54,510 nucleotides of DNA, from IMG/VR virus record IMGVR_UViG_3300036770_001615, positions 1 through 54,510 of that record. The stretch is one strand, 5' to 3'. Below the pieces are notes generated by a model that made no database searches, had not been told where the DNA came from, and saw only the letters and a program-made list of their open reading frames with translations. Shown piece by piece: positions 23,690 through 34,090 of the stretch. A program made the translations under genes and the position numbers. Every line of letters starts with the position of its first letter. Within the stretch, counting starts at the first letter, position 1. The stretch comes from a virus. Taxonomy: Duplodnaviria; Caudoviricetes.

Positions 23690-23859
23690 TGTCTAAAATG
23701 AGCGACCTTAGTGTTCAAATCCAAGACTATCTGACCGAGGGTGTACACCCAACTAAGATCGCTAAGATATTGAATATTCCGTTGGCCTGGGTCTATGACA
23801 CCCTAGAGGCTATGGAAGAATCGGATGAGCCGGATTTGACTTACGGCGAGGAACTGTAA
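23689..23859 (+). CDS. Hypothetical HTH-like small protein
   Basis: PTKIAKILNIPLAWV. Confidence 0.6.
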   Translation: MSKMSDLSVQIQDYLTEGVHPTKIAKILNIPLAWVYDTLEAMEESDEPDLTYGEEL

Positions 23860-23927
23860 GTTGTTGATTTGCAACGGTAAAAAAGTTGCAAAAAAGGCTT
23901 GACAAATAATCGGTTTGGCTGTATAAT
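23857..23927 (+). promoter_or_regulatory. IHF site (reverse) plus early promoter cassette
   Basis: TAAGTTGTTGATT; TTGACA(23899)-17-TATAAT. Confidence 0.9.
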
Positions 23928-23961
23928 ACATAGTATTGAAACTGAGAAAACGGAGTAACAA

Positions 23962-24378
23962 ATGGCTTACATGAATCAGGAACGCAAAGCAAAGATCGCT
24001 CAAGCACTCAAGCCCGTACTCGCTAAATATGGCGTCAAGGGTAGTCTGCGTGTCCGTAATCACATGGCTATCAGCCTGACCCTCAAGAGCGGTCCTATCG
24101 ACTTCATCGCCAACTGTAATGAGGTCTGCGGTCGTGATCACTATCAAGTGTCCCGCGGCTTTCGCCCGATCAAGGAAAGTTACACCGATGTAAACCCCTA
24201 CTGGTTCCAGGATCACTTTGACGGTGTCGCTAAGGAGTTCTTGACCGAGGCTTTCAAGGCCCTAAAGAGTGCCGACTACTACGACAATTCGGATGCGATG
24301 ACCGATTATTTCGACACTGCATATTACTACGACCTAAGCATTGGTCGTTGGGATAAGCCTTACACGGTGACTGCTTAA
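23962..24378 (+). CDS. Hypothetical early protein (DNSDAMTDYFD motif)
   Basis: GGAG SD; common phage early-gene motif. Confidence 0.75.
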   Translation: MAYMNQERKAKIAQALKPVLAKYGVKGSLRVRNHMAISLTLKSGPIDFIANCNEVCGRDHYQVSRGFRPIKESYTDVNPYWFQDHFDGVAKEFLTEAFKALKSADYYDNSDAMTDYFDTAYYYDLSIGRWDKPYTVTA

Positions 24379-24384
24379 TCATGC

Positions 24385-24413
24385 TTGACAGAATTAAGGA
24401 AATCTTGTATACT
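24385..24413 (+). promoter_or_regulatory. sigma70 promoter
   Basis: TTGACA-17-TATACT. Confidence 0.8.
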
Positions 24414-24487
24414 TATATTTGGTGGCTAGAGTCTGCTTTTTGGTTGGCTGTGGTTATCATGTGTGTTGTGTTTCTTTGGAGAGCATA

Positions 24488-24643
24488 ATGAATCAGTATT
24501 GGGTAATGGTAAAATATAAAGATGAGCCGGGAGCAGGTTTTGGCCGTGTAGTTCTAAACGCTGATAATCCGTTTCAGGCAATTCAAATGGCAAAGGCGAT
24601 GTACGGGCGTCTGCTCATTTCTGAATCCGCTAACCCCGTATAA
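24488..24643 (+). CDS. Hypothetical protein (51 aa)
   Basis: GGAG SD before ATG 24488. Confidence 0.65.
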   Translation: MNQYWVMVKYKDEPGAGFGRVVLNADNPFQAIQMAKAMYGRLLISESANPV

Positions 24644-24658
24644 TTAAGAGGAAATAAA

Positions 24659-24928
24659 ATGTCTAAGGCAAAATATCAACGTAAGTTGGAAACTGCAATT
24701 GTAGAAAATGGTCTGCTATTGATTCAATCTAAATTGGATACAGGCGTCACCAAAACTGTAACCCGTCCGTTCATTGGTAAGTTCCTTGAACCGGCATCTA
24801 ACCGCGATGGTGTTGGACATGATGTGTCTACCATTATCAAGGATGCGATTGCAGGGCATCAGGGTATGAAGTTTGTCCAAAGCAAAGATGGCCGTAAGGA
24901 AGTGTCCGTAGAAGTTACGGGACTGTAA
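24659..24928 (+). CDS. Hypothetical protein
   Basis: GAGG SD. Confidence 0.65.
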   Translation: MSKAKYQRKLETAIVENGLLLIQSKLDTGVTKTVTRPFIGKFLEPASNRDGVGHDVSTIIKDAIAGHQGMKFVQSKDGRKEVSVEVTGL

Positions 24929-24945
24929 TTCGGGCAAAATAATGG

Positions 24946-24974
24946 TTGACACAAACCGCGACATGTGTTATCAT
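24946..24974 (+). promoter_or_regulatory. sigma70 promoter
   Basis: TTGACA-17-TATCAT. Confidence 0.7.
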
Positions 24975-25021
24975 TATATCTGTGCAATGTCGCACTTTGT
25001 TAATTAAATGAGGTAATGTAT

Positions 25022-25396
25022 ATGTCTAATCAGACTTTTAAGGTTGTTGGTATCACTGTTCACAATGGCAACGCTAAGGTGCGTTTTACTGATGACATGG
25101 TCCGTCGTGTCAAGCAGTTCACTAAGGGTGGAGCCACTCGTTGTGAGTTCATTGAGTTGCCTAGTGAGATGACTAAGATCGAGGCACTTAAGTATATGCT
25201 TACTCGCCCTGAGTATGCTAATGCAAGTGATCAGGCAACTATCAATGATAGTCTTGCTGATCGTGAGAAGGAAGCCCGTAAGGGTGAAGTTAAGGTCAAG
25301 GCTACTAAGGCCAAGCCTAGCATCGATGCTATCAAGAGCCGTGCTAAGAAGTCAGAAGTGTCCGCGGAGGACGTACTGAAGGCAGTTGCTGAGTAA
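25022..25396 (+). CDS. Hypothetical basic protein
   Basis: GAGGT SD; KVRFTDD..R...IELPSEMTKIEA. Confidence 0.75.
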   Translation: MSNQTFKVVGITVHNGNAKVRFTDDMVRRVKQFTKGGATRCEFIELPSEMTKIEALKYMLTRPEYANASDQATINDSLADREKEARKGEVKVKATKAKPSIDAIKSRAKKSEVSAEDVLKAVAE

Positions 25397-25411
25397 TTCG
25401 GTCAAGTGTCC

Positions 25412-25446
25412 AAAAAGATAGGCCCCGCAAGGGGCCTATCCTTTTG
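25412..25446. terminator. Bidirectional intrinsic terminator
   Basis: AAAAA-GATAGGCCCC-GCAA-GGGGCCTATC-CTTTT between convergent genes. Confidence 0.9.
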
Positions 25447-25453
25447 TGTTTAA

Positions 25454-27562
25454 TTATGCTACAGGTGCTTTGATCACAATAAACTTAATGACCGGGGCCT
25501 CAGAACTTGTAGTAGATGAATCAAGATTCCTGATAACAAAAGCAACTTGTGTATCAGTTATTGTATAAGCCAAGGGCAAGTATGTGCCAAAACTTCCACC
25601 GCGTGTAGTACACACAATTATATCGTCAGCACTAACCTTGTTGTTTGTCATAGTAAAAGTGTCAACCTGCCCGGCAGTCATTGTTGCTGAAACTAGTGTT
25701 ATTTCTCCGGACAATGCATTTAATGTTACTCCTGTACCTCTTGATGTAGTTTGAGTGACATTTGCACCTGCACTATATCCAATCTTATCTGCCGCTGTAA
25801 CAGCACCCGTTGCAACATTGCCTGTAGTACTGATTGTGTTGCTACCGAAACTACCTAGTAATGTGACAACATTACTATCACCGTAAGTGCTAGATGGTGC
25901 TGCCGCAAATGCGCCGTTACCGTATAATACATTGCTTGAACTACCGTCTAGATTGATACTTGCAATGTTTCCTAATCCGGGAACAGTACCAAATGCACCG
26001 TTGCCTAGTAGAACATTAGAGGCATTACCGTCTAGGTTGATAGTAGCGATGTTGCCCACAGTCGGTACTGTTGGAATAGCAACAAATGTACCATTACCAG
26101 TTAATAAATTACTTACGTTGCCGTCAAGGTTTACTGATGCGATGTTACCTAGTGACGGTGTACCCGTGATGTTAGCATATGGTACATTTGATAAACCGTA
26201 ACCATCACCGGTAATTACACCAGTAGTTGTGATTGTATTAGAACCAAATGCTCCTAAAAGAGAAGTAACATTACTATCTCCATATGAACTATTAGCATCA
26301 GCACCAAATGTACCATCACCTCTAAGTACATTACTTGCGTTACCGTCTAGATTTACAGAAACAATGTTACCAAATGCAGACGAACCATTTAGAAACTTGA
26401 TTGCTACTGCATTGCCTGGAAGCATTAGGTTACCGTCATCATAGAAACGCCAAGTTGCGCTATTTGCAGTAACAACAAGATTGCCTGCAGGGTTTTGAAT
26501 CGTACCGTTTCCGATAAGTTGTAGGGCTGATGATGAACCTAGTTCAATCACTCCACCGTCTACACCATTAGTGAATGTGAAATTGCCGGTTGCAGCGAAT
26601 GCTCCACCGGAGTTGAATTGAACTTCGGCAGTATTGCCAGCAGGCGTGCTACCATCCACTGCCCAAGTACCATCGCCTCTAAGTACATTACTTGAATTGC
26701 CATCTAAGTTGATAGATGCAATATTACCAACTGCTAAATTACTAATGTTACTACCATCACCATACAAGAAGGCAGCGTCTACAATGTTTGCAGTTACATC
26801 ATGTGTAAAGTTTGCATAATCACCTGTTATGTTGCCTGTGTATGTTGGAAGATAGGCTGCAACATTGCTGTTTCCATAATCTGTAACGTCTGCACTCCAA
26901 CTACCGTCGCCATGCAATACGTTACTTGCATTACCGTCATAGTTTGTACCTACAATGTTGCCTAAATTGGTAGCACTAATATTACCTACGCTAACGTTTC
27001 CAGTAGTAGTGATAGTGTTAGATCCAAATGATCCTAATAATGATACTACGTTGCTGTCACCATAACTACTGTTAGCATCTGCTCCCCATGTACCGTCACC
27101 TCTTAGTACACTACTAGAGTTGCCGTTTAGATTAATACTAGAAATGTTACCTAAGTTAGCAACGCTAGCATTAATAGTTACCACACCTGATCCATCACCA
27201 TTTGTTGAAGTGATTGAAACATTGTTACCTGCAATAATTTGAGTTACACCAGCAGCCGGAGCAGTATATGTATATTGATTAACAGTCTCATTGACTGCTG
27301 TAACTGCAATGCCACCTGTAGTTTGATATACAGTGACTACATCACCCGAACTATTTGAAGGAGAAGATGTAACTGTTAATGTACTGTTTTCTCCTACAGT
27401 TGATGTAGTGGCAGTTGCTTGATTGAATAATGTTTCAGAATTGGTTACTACAACAGGAGCACTACTCCCTGATGCTTGTTCTTGTGCTACTGCTCTAGCA
27501 AGTTGTCTTGCTACTGTAGGATCTGCTACAGATACAAGTTGCGGGGTTGAACGTGTTGCCAT
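25454..27562 (-). CDS. Repetitive G/N/S/T-rich virion (tail-fibre-like) protein
   Basis: Repeats GNIASINLDGN(A/S)SNVLRGDG and YGDSNV..LLGSFGSNTI.TTG. Confidence 0.75.
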   Translation of the reverse strand: MATRSTPQLVSVADPTVARQLARAVAQEQASGSSAPVVVTNSETLFNQATATTSTVGENSTLTVTSSPSNSSGDVVTVYQTTGGIAVTAVNETVNQYTYTAPAAGVTQIIAGNNVSITSTNGDGSGVVTINASVANLGNISSINLNGNSSSVLRGDGTWGADANSSYGDSNVVSLLGSFGSNTITTTGNVSVGNISATNLGNIVGTNYDGNASNVLHGDGSWSADVTDYGNSNVAAYLPTYTGNITGDYANFTHDVTANIVDAAFLYGDGSNISNLAVGNIASINLDGNSSNVLRGDGTWAVDGSTPAGNTAEVQFNSGGAFAATGNFTFTNGVDGGVIELGSSSALQLIGNGTIQNPAGNLVVTANSATWRFYDDGNLMLPGNAVAIKFLNGSSAFGNIVSVNLDGNASNVLRGDGTFGADANSSYGDSNVTSLLGAFGSNTITTTGVITGDGYGLSNVPYANITGTPSLGNIASVNLDGNVSNLLTGNGTFVAIPTVPTVGNIATINLDGNASNVLLGNGAFGTVPGLGNIASINLDGSSSNVLYGNGAFAAAPSSTYGDSNVVTLLGSFGSNTISTTGNVATGAVTAADKIGYSAGANVTQTTSRGTGVTLNALSGEITLVSATMTAGQVDTFTMTNNKVSADDIIVCTTRGGSFGTYLPLAYTITDTQVAFVIRNLDSSTTSSEAPVIKFIVIKAPVA

Positions 27563-27591
27563 TTTATTATTTCCTTATTATTATTTTTATA

Positions 27592-29010
27592 TTAACCTAT
27601 AAACCATCCAGTTCCATCACTGAACACTGGCATAGAGTTTGCGGCGCCACCTACTGCAGGTGCACCAAATGTTGCTGAATCAGCATCAGTAACAAATGCT
27701 CTTGCACCTGCACCTACTGTTGCAGCTAAGGGCAATGCACTCACTGTTACTGGAGTAGTTTTAACAATAGTTGCAACTACGGCTGCATTTGCTCTTGCCA
27801 ATTCAAATGCGTTGTTTGCATCTGACATCCTAGCGAATTCTGCATTAGCAGTAAATCCACCTGTACCAAAAATAATATCTTTGGTAGTTCCATTATCACC
27901 GGTTGCAAATACTAGATTACCACCTGTCGTGTTAGCATATGTTTGAACGAAAACATATCCATCTCCTGCTCCAGTTAGTGAATAATTTGCGTCACTGAAA
28001 TTGTCACCATTGAAGCCAAAGTCTGTATATCCCTCATCATTGGTACCGTTAGCACCTTGTGCGATCCAATCAACTGAACCATCACCGTTCTCATTGAACA
28101 TTACTGCTTGTACATAAGTGTTACTATTGCCACCTACAATGATTGTCGGATCAGTTAGATAAGTTGCTGACTCTGCATTTGGACCAATGAATAAGGTTGT
28201 ACCTGATAATACTACATTACTAGGTGCTCTAAAAATACCACTAGTGTCAAATGTAAAATGTGAATTAGCGTTACTAGTATCCGTAGATATGATTACATTA
28301 CTTTCGCTATGAATTTCAAATTCATTGCTTGGATTAGGTTCAATGGCCCATTGATAAGGGCCTGGCCAATACAATGCACCACCTGCACCAAATACCCAAG
28401 TTGCATTTATGTTGCCGGCATCAGCAACGACACTAACATTAGACACGCTACTTATTGTATTAGTTCTTAAGTTTCCTACAAAGTAATCACTAGTAGGTAC
28501 AGAAACGTTTCCTCCTGCGCCAATGTAACCAGTGTTAACTGGCCCTAAGGTTGTTGTACCAGATACGTTTAAATCATTTGTTACAGAGATATTGTTTGCA
28601 CCTACGTTACCAGCATAAGTGGGAAGATAGTTAGCAACATTAGCATTGCTAAATGTTCCTGTAATATTAGATAAGAATCCACCATCACCACTGAAGAAAT
28701 TTGCAACTACTAAGTTACCTAAGTTAGCATTTGCACCTGTTATATTTCCCGATACATCTAAACTTGTTAGTGTACCTACACTTGTTATATTTGGTTGAGC
28801 GGCATTACTTACAGTAGCAGACAACACTGCTTGAGCCGCAGCAGGGAAATAACTTCCACCTGCACCGTTAAGAATTAGATTACCTACAATTTGTAGATTA
28901 GCCTTTTGAGTCTCTGGTGTACCAGACATGTTTACGACTGGTACTAATGAAGTGTACGCAATGTTAGCACCTATATTTGTCAGAGCCGTAATTTTTATAC
29001 TTTGTGTCAT
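27592..29010 (-). CDS. Tail-fibre-like structural protein
   Basis: AAQPNITSVGTLTSL, NANVANYLPTY motifs; C-terminal GARAFVTD...SDGTGWFIG. Confidence 0.75.
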   Translation of the reverse strand: MTQSIKITALTNIGANIAYTSLVPVVNMSGTPETQKANLQIVGNLILNGAGGSYFPAAAQAVLSATVSNAAQPNITSVGTLTSLDVSGNITGANANLGNLVVANFFSGDGGFLSNITGTFSNANVANYLPTYAGNVGANNISVTNDLNVSGTTTLGPVNTGYIGAGGNVSVPTSDYFVGNLRTNTISSVSNVSVVADAGNINATWVFGAGGALYWPGPYQWAIEPNPSNEFEIHSESNVIISTDTSNANSHFTFDTSGIFRAPSNVVLSGTTLFIGPNAESATYLTDPTIIVGGNSNTYVQAVMFNENGDGSVDWIAQGANGTNDEGYTDFGFNGDNFSDANYSLTGAGDGYVFVQTYANTTGGNLVFATGDNGTTKDIIFGTGGFTANAEFARMSDANNAFELARANAAVVATIVKTTPVTVSALPLAATVGAGARAFVTDADSATFGAPAVGGAANSMPVFSDGTGWFIG

Positions 29011-29024
29011 CTTTGTTTCCCTTG

Positions 29025-30149
29025 TTATGCGAATGTCACGCCATTGTTACCAATACAGAACCATTTATTAGAAATATATTGTAGTGTGCATCCCTGACCA
29101 GCGGCTGTGAAACTCATAGTACCACCTCCACCCCATCCTGCGTTAGTAACAGTTATTACCATTGCACCTGTATATGCCTTCATCATGAATGTTTTAATCT
29201 GCCCATCAGTACCGGCTGCTAATGTTGCAGTTTCAGATAATGATGTTGAAAAATATGTTGCCGTAACGGCTAAGTTTACACTATTACCAGATGCTAAATC
29301 TTCGCTACCATTAAAATAAACGCTACCATTGGCAGTGACATTACTTGTTGTTATGCTATTGGTAATGGTTATACTGCTGGGTAAGTTTATGTTTATCGTG
29401 CCGGCACCAACAATAGGGCTTCCAGTGACCACTAACTGACTACTTGCAACTCCAACGCTAGTAACGGTACCACCCAATGTGGTTGTAGAAATAGTTACGT
29501 TTCCGTTACCACTACTAACACTTATTCCTGATCCTGCGTTAATTCTTGTAACACCTGTATTAGTCACAGTAATGTTACCACTAGATGTAATTGGTCCACC
29601 GTTGATTTGTATTCCGGCGCCAGGGGTTATACCTACGCTAGTTACTGTACCAGATGTTGCCCCATTACTAGCAGAAATAATTCTGCCATAGGCATCAATA
29701 CTTACGTTTGGATTAGTATATGTGCCCGCAGTTACACCTGATATTGCTAAGTCTATACTCATGTTGCCATCAGCAACTAGAGGGGAGCCTGTAACAGTTA
29801 GTCTAGCGTTACTTGCTGGGAGCAGTCCAACGCTAGTTAATGTGCCGCCACCGTTACCATTGCCACCTGTACTTGATATAGTAACATTACCGTTAGATTG
29901 ATTAATAACAATTCCTGTACCGGCTGTAATACTAGTAACACCTGTATTCGTTATACCAATTGTTCCAGTATTAGCATCAGATGTTACCGCAATACCGTTA
30001 CCTGCATTAAATGTATTGTAAGGGCTTGCATTACCAAATAAGGTAGCAAAATTGACGTTTGTTTTTGTAAATGCGGTGTATAGGCTATCGCTACCCGTGC
30101 TTTCGTTGGGCAAGCCTATACTTATGACCTGAATATTTCCAATTGCCAT
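29025..30149 (-). CDS. Tail-fibre/baseplate-like structural protein
   Basis: N-terminal PN..TGSDSLYTAFTKTN.NF; GVTSITAG / GTVTSVG repeats; TAAATA 30168. Confidence 0.75.
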   Translation of the reverse strand: MAIGNIQVISIGLPNESTGSDSLYTAFTKTNVNFATLFGNASPYNTFNAGNGIAVTSDANTGTIGITNTGVTSITAGTGIVINQSNGNVTISSTGGNGNGGGTLTSVGLLPASNARLTVTGSPLVADGNMSIDLAISGVTAGTYTNPNVSIDAYGRIISASNGATSGTVTSVGITPGAGIQINGGPITSSGNITVTNTGVTRINAGSGISVSSGNGNVTISTTTLGGTVTSVGVASSQLVVTGSPIVGAGTININLPSSITITNSITTSNVTANGSVYFNGSEDLASGNSVNLAVTATYFSTSLSETATLAAGTDGQIKTFMMKAYTGAMVITVTNAGWGGGGTMSFTAAGQGCTLQYISNKWFCIGNNGVTFA

Positions 30150-30173
30150 CGATTAGTCCTTATCTTGTATTTA

Positions 30174-30500
30174 TCAATAAGGACTAAAAGAACTCCCACA
30201 TCCGCATGTACTTTGTGCTTGAGGGTTAATAATAGCGAATCTTGCGCCCTCTAAATCGTCTTTGAAGTCTACTGTAGCGCCCATTAGGTATTGTGCTGAA
30301 ATAGGGTCTACCAGGACACTTGACGAACCTGCAGGGATTTCAAAATCATCCTCTGCTTGGTCTTCATCGATAGTAAAACCATACTGAAATCCGCTACAAC
30401 CGCCACCTTGAACAAACATTCTTAGTTTAGTTTTAGGATTATTTTCTTCTGCTAAGACTTCAGATATTTTACTTTTTGCTGATTCTGTAATTGTGATCAT
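30174..30500 (-). CDS. erpA: A-type Fe-S cluster carrier (ErpA/IscA)
   Basis: GGGCSGFQYGF...CGCGSSF. Confidence 0.9.
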   Translation of the reverse strand: MITITESAKSKISEVLAEENNPKTKLRMFVQGGGCSGFQYGFTIDEDQAEDDFEIPAGSSSVLVDPISAQYLMGATVDFKDDLEGARFAIINPQAQSTCGCGSSFSPY

Positions 30501-30501
30501 G

Positions 30502-31056
30502 TTATAAACTCTTTCCCCATCGTGTTGACATTTTATTCCAGTCTATTATTTTCCATAACTGTTTTAGATATTCTTTTTTATTGCTACCATAATCCAATAT
30601 CCAAGCATGTTCCCACCAGTCTACTAGTAATAGTATGTCATCACGAACCTCGTGGTTGACTATCGTTTTTATCAACCCTGAGGTACTAAGGTATATCCAA
30701 CCACTGCCCTGTATAGACATTGCTTCTTCTTGAAATTTATCTTGGAATTCTCCGTAAGTTCCATGATGAGTTTCTATGAAACTGAGTATTGGACCGTTTG
30801 GTTTATTGATAGTTCTAACAGCCCTAAACTGATCGAACCAAATATTATGCAGAAATACCCCTGCATAATTGAATGACCTGTCGCCCTCACGATCATTATA
30901 TCGTTTAGCGTAGCCTTTCGCTAATTTATTGTAGTGTAATTCAAGGGTGTCATCACTCATCACAGGACTTACGTCCTTTCTAGTGAAGTCTAAGGGATTA
31001 ATTTCTATATCATCCCAGTGGGTCTTACCCTCAAGTAATTGAATAAACGGGAGCAT
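30502..31056 (-). CDS. sod: Fe/Mn superoxide dismutase
   Basis: LHY...LHNIWF...GSGW...DWWEHAW. Confidence 0.88.
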   Translation of the reverse strand: MLPFIQLLEGKTHWDDIEINPLDFTRKDVSPVMSDDTLELHYNKLAKGYAKRYNDREGDRSFNYAGVFLHNIWFDQFRAVRTINKPNGPILSFIETHHGTYGEFQDKFQEEAMSIQGSGWIYLSTSGLIKTIVNHEVRDDILLLVDWWEHAWILDYGSNKKEYLKQLWKIIDWNKMSTRWGKSL

Positions 31057-31064
31057 GCATATAT

Positions 31065-31799
31065 TTATCGCATGCTAATTGACTGGATAATTTGGTCCGT
31101 TATAATTTGATTTGTTTTTATGCCTGAATGTGCCAAATCTCTGGCTAAATCAATTTTCTTAATTATAAAGTCATATGTTTGAAAAGAACTTAATGCCGAG
31201 TATTGTATATGAAATAAAGGAACATCAATGATGTTTGATAACAAGTTATATGCAATATATTTTCTAGCGTGGAAAAAACCTGTGATTTCCCCAGCAGCCA
31301 TAAAATTTTTGTACTCATGTTCTTTATGCCAAGTTCCCATTAGTATAATGTTTTCATAGTTTGGAAAAACACCGGCATATCTACTATGGTCAGGCCATTG
31401 AATAAAAACATATTTTGGTTTCTTTTTAAACTTCAAAAACCAAGAGATTAAATTATGTTCTAATACATCTAGTCCTGCTCCACCAACGGCTAGATTGTAG
31501 TAGTCTATATTAAAATGTTGCGATACCTTATAAGGATATGTATCTTCTAGTGCAAGTCCTACGCCTTCGGTATGACTACAACCAGTAAAAAGTATATAGT
31601 TGTCAAAATTTAAGTCTTTTATATCTTTGCATCGAAATCCATGCGAGTTATGCTTATAGGTGAATTGTTTAGTCCTATATAACCAATCTTCGGGTTGATT
31701 TAATAAATTGGTTTTGTATAGTTCGATAGAATCCCCGCCGGTAAAGGGGGATTCTATGTTTATAGATTCTGTGCAAATAAAATCATCAAGAAATTTCAT
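31065..31799 (-). CDS. SGNH-like hypothetical protein
   Basis: NSHGFR...GCSHTEGVG...NLAVGG...D..H. Confidence 0.65.
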   Translation of the reverse strand: MKFLDDFICTESINIESPFTGGDSIELYKTNLLNQPEDWLYRTKQFTYKHNSHGFRCKDIKDLNFDNYILFTGCSHTEGVGLALEDTYPYKVSQHFNIDYYNLAVGGAGLDVLEHNLISWFLKFKKKPKYVFIQWPDHSRYAGVFPNYENIILMGTWHKEHEYKNFMAAGEITGFFHARKYIAYNLLSNIIDVPLFHIQYSALSSFQTYDFIIKKIDLARDLAHSGIKTNQIITDQIIQSISMR

Positions 31800-32416
31800 G
31801 GTCTAATCTTATTGGATACACTCTTTAGTGTGTTTACAATTAAATCTGCTATACCAATTTGATCATATGCATCACCATTAAATTTTAAATCAATAACATT
31901 GTCTGTTTCTATTGTCTTTTCTTTTTCAGAAAATACAATTTGATACATAGGATAGTTTAATTGTTTAACTTGTGTGGATAAAAATGCTCGTCTACTAGAA
32001 TGAAATCCGGCAGTATTTCCAATGGTCATTACTGTCATTACATCCTCATCATTATAATTTGCCGGCTTAACATATGTAAGTGTAGAGTCTGCGACTAGTA
32101 TTGCATTAGCAAACTCTGAAGCAAAAATGATTGCTTTAGGAGGTTGTTTTATTAAGGCGATCCAACTAAATAGATTAAATTTTATAGAGTCAATGCCACC
32201 GTTAAAGATAGATAGGTTGTAGTAATCTAGATTTAGTTTTTTAGAAACTATATAGGGAAAAGTTTCTTCGATAGGCAAATGATAAGATAAGCAAATATTA
32301 TCCCCTACAAATAAAATATAATTGTGTAGGTTTATATCAGATAGTTCTTTGCACCGATGTCCATATGAATTTAAATTAACATTTGATTCCCAATTCTTTA
32401 AGAATTTGCTCATCAA
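31796..32416 (-). CDS. Hypothetical protein, degenerate paralog of 31065-31799
   Basis: NSYGHRCKE...NYILF.G...DYYNL. Confidence 0.6.
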   Translation of the reverse strand: MMSKFLKNWESNVNLNSYGHRCKELSDINLHNYILFVGDNICLSYHLPIEETFPYIVSKKLNLDYYNLSIFNGGIDSIKFNLFSWIALIKQPPKAIIFASEFANAILVADSTLTYVKPANYNDEDVMTVMTIGNTAGFHSSRRAFLSTQVKQLNYPMYQIVFSEKEKTIETDNVIDLKFNGDAYDQIGIADLIVNTLKSVSNKIRP

Positions 32417-32628
32417 CGACGCCTTACAATTCTTCCTTTTGTTAGGTCGTAAGGACTTAATTCAACCTCGACATTATCACCTAATAAGATTCTAATTTCA
32501 TGTTGACGCATCTTACCTGACACGTAACTTAAAATAGTTGTACCGGTTTCCAACTTTACTTTAAACGTAGCGTTGGGCATAACGTCAACAACTTCACCTT
32601 CAAACTTAATCGTACCTTCTTTAGCCAT
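32413..32628 (-). CDS. infA: Translation initiation factor IF-1
   Basis: MAKE..I..EG.V...PNATF.V.L...[25 protein letters not shown]; own promoter TTGACT-17-TATAAT (32667-32695). Confidence 0.95.
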   Translation of the reverse strand: MAKEGTIKFEGEVVDVMPNATFKVKLETGTTILSYVSGKMRQHEIRILLGDNVEVELSPYDLTKGRIVRRR

Positions 32629-32698
32629 TGTGTTTACTCAAATCTCCTTAGTTAAAACACATAGACATTATAACAGAAGGTAATACTAAAGTCAACAT

Positions 32699-33286
32699 TC
32701 ATTTCTTTAAGATTGCCCAAACTTTTTCCTTCTCTATAATCTCTTTTTCTAGTTCTTTATAACGTTTACCCAATTCTTTAAGTTCATCCCATTTATCTTC
32801 TAGTTCAGGATTGGGATGTAATATGGCTAAACGTTCTTCTATCTTTTCAAACATTTCATTAATGCTTTTACCCTTGATCTTTACATCACCTTCAAACTCA
32901 GCATCACCGTTTACCTTTAGTCCTGGGTTAGTATTAACACTACCCCACATTATAGTATCACTCATACCTGTAGTCAATACTGTTCCGGCGCCACCGCTAC
33001 CACCAATACCAATAATTGGATTATTATAAACTGGGTTTACAAACGGATTAGTATTACCTGTCGTGTATGTATATTGACCACTACCCATAGCACCTATACT
33101 ATACGAACCCATTCCAGTACTAGATGTACTTGCTGTAATATTACTTTGATACGTTAAATCAGATAAGTTGATACTCATATTATCATCTAGATCAGATATC
33201 TTAAACAAATCTTGTTGTAGATTATCATCACCCAATGATGTAATGGTAATAGTATCGTATGAATAATTTGGATTAGATTGTGACAT
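32699..33286 (-). CDS. Hypothetical protein
   Basis: S/T/G-rich N-terminus, coiled C-terminus. Confidence 0.7.
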   Translation of the reverse strand: MSQSNPNYSYDTITITSLGDDNLQQDLFKISDLDDNMSINLSDLTYQSNITASTSSTGMGSYSIGAMGSGQYTYTTGNTNPFVNPVYNNPIIGIGGSGGAGTVLTTGMSDTIMWGSVNTNPGLKVNGDAEFEGDVKIKGKSINEMFEKIEERLAILHPNPELEDKWDELKELGKRYKELEKEIIEKEKVWAILKK

Positions 33287-33465
33287 TATTTGTTAGCCTT
33301 TTTAAGAATTAGTCGGCCTTTGTCATCAACATCAATTTCTACATCATCCCCTTCTTTTAATTTCAATGCTTCTAGTAATGGAGGGGGTAACGGGATAATC
33401 AAATCCCCATTTTCATCTTCCTGTGTGATGACTTCATATCTGCGTTTATCGATTGTTTTGGCCAT
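33286..33465 (-). CDS. AbrB/MazE/SpoVT-like DNA-binding protein (59 aa)
   Basis: EDENGDLIIPLPPPLLEALKLKEGDDVEI; not in ORF track. Confidence 0.75.
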   Translation of the reverse strand: MAKTIDKRRYEVITQEDENGDLIIPLPPPLLEALKLKEGDDVEIDVDDKGRLILKKANK

Positions 33466-33499
33466 GTTATATTATACTGTTGTTAATGTGCTACGTCAA

Positions 33500-34090
33500 C
33501 TATTTAGTTACCCAATGTGATAAGAATAAATCTCTGTCACCTTCGTACCCTAATTTAAGATTGTCTACCCCGTGACCATAATATCCATTGTGACATATGA
33601 TAGAGTTAGATGTTGTTTCAAACTTATACATTGGTTCATTTTCTACTAATGATACATTTAATTGTCCACCATAACTAATGTCCCAATTAGGATGCATATA
33701 GTATATTACTACCCAATGGTTTTTTGGTAATATCCCGGGCAACATCCCATGTTTATGCCAATACGTAACTTGGTTATTTCTATAGCATCGTACCATGTAG
33801 GGTTTTGGATCTGCTAAGTTATTAGATTCTAACCATTGTTTAATATGATACATCAAATTAGTAAATGTATTGCCTATGTATTTCTCGTATGTGTCTATGT
33901 CAAATTTATAATTGACAATGGAACCCATAAACACTTTGTGGTCTGTATTTTCTTGTACTGTTCCATCTTGATTTATTACGATTGATTTATCACGTTTGTT
34001 AACCAAATCATCTTTATAACCAAGTAAATTTTGAAAATCATTTTGGTTTAATAATGATGTATTATGAAATATACCGTTCATAGTGCCCAT
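33500..34090 (-). CDS. 2OG-Fe(II) oxygenase
   Basis: YYMHPNWDISYGGQL...HGV...R. Confidence 0.7.
   Translation of the reverse strand: MGTMNGIFHNTSLLNQNDFQNLLGYKDDLVNKRDKSIVINQDGTVQENTDHKVFMGSIVNYKFDIDTYEKYIGNTFTNLMYHIKQWLESNNLADPKPYMVRCYRNNQVTYWHKHGMLPGILPKNHWVVIYYMHPNWDISYGGQLNVSLVENEPMYKFETTSNSIICHNGYYGHGVDNLKLGYEGDRDLFLSHWVTK

Noticed and set aside
19577-23950. CRISPR array or att sites from the repeated ~45-bp element
   Set aside because: The repeats are sigma70 promoters separated by whole genes, not by short spacers. No cas or integrase gene is present.
25887-29691. + strand ORFs opposite the fibre genes (also 14269-15228, 53376-53927 and similar)
   Set aside because: They are antisense shadows caused by codon bias of the real minus-strand genes.
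25454-30149. Diversity-generating retroelement TR/VR pair
   Set aside because: The repeats are in-frame protein repeats without adenine-specific differences, and no RT is present.
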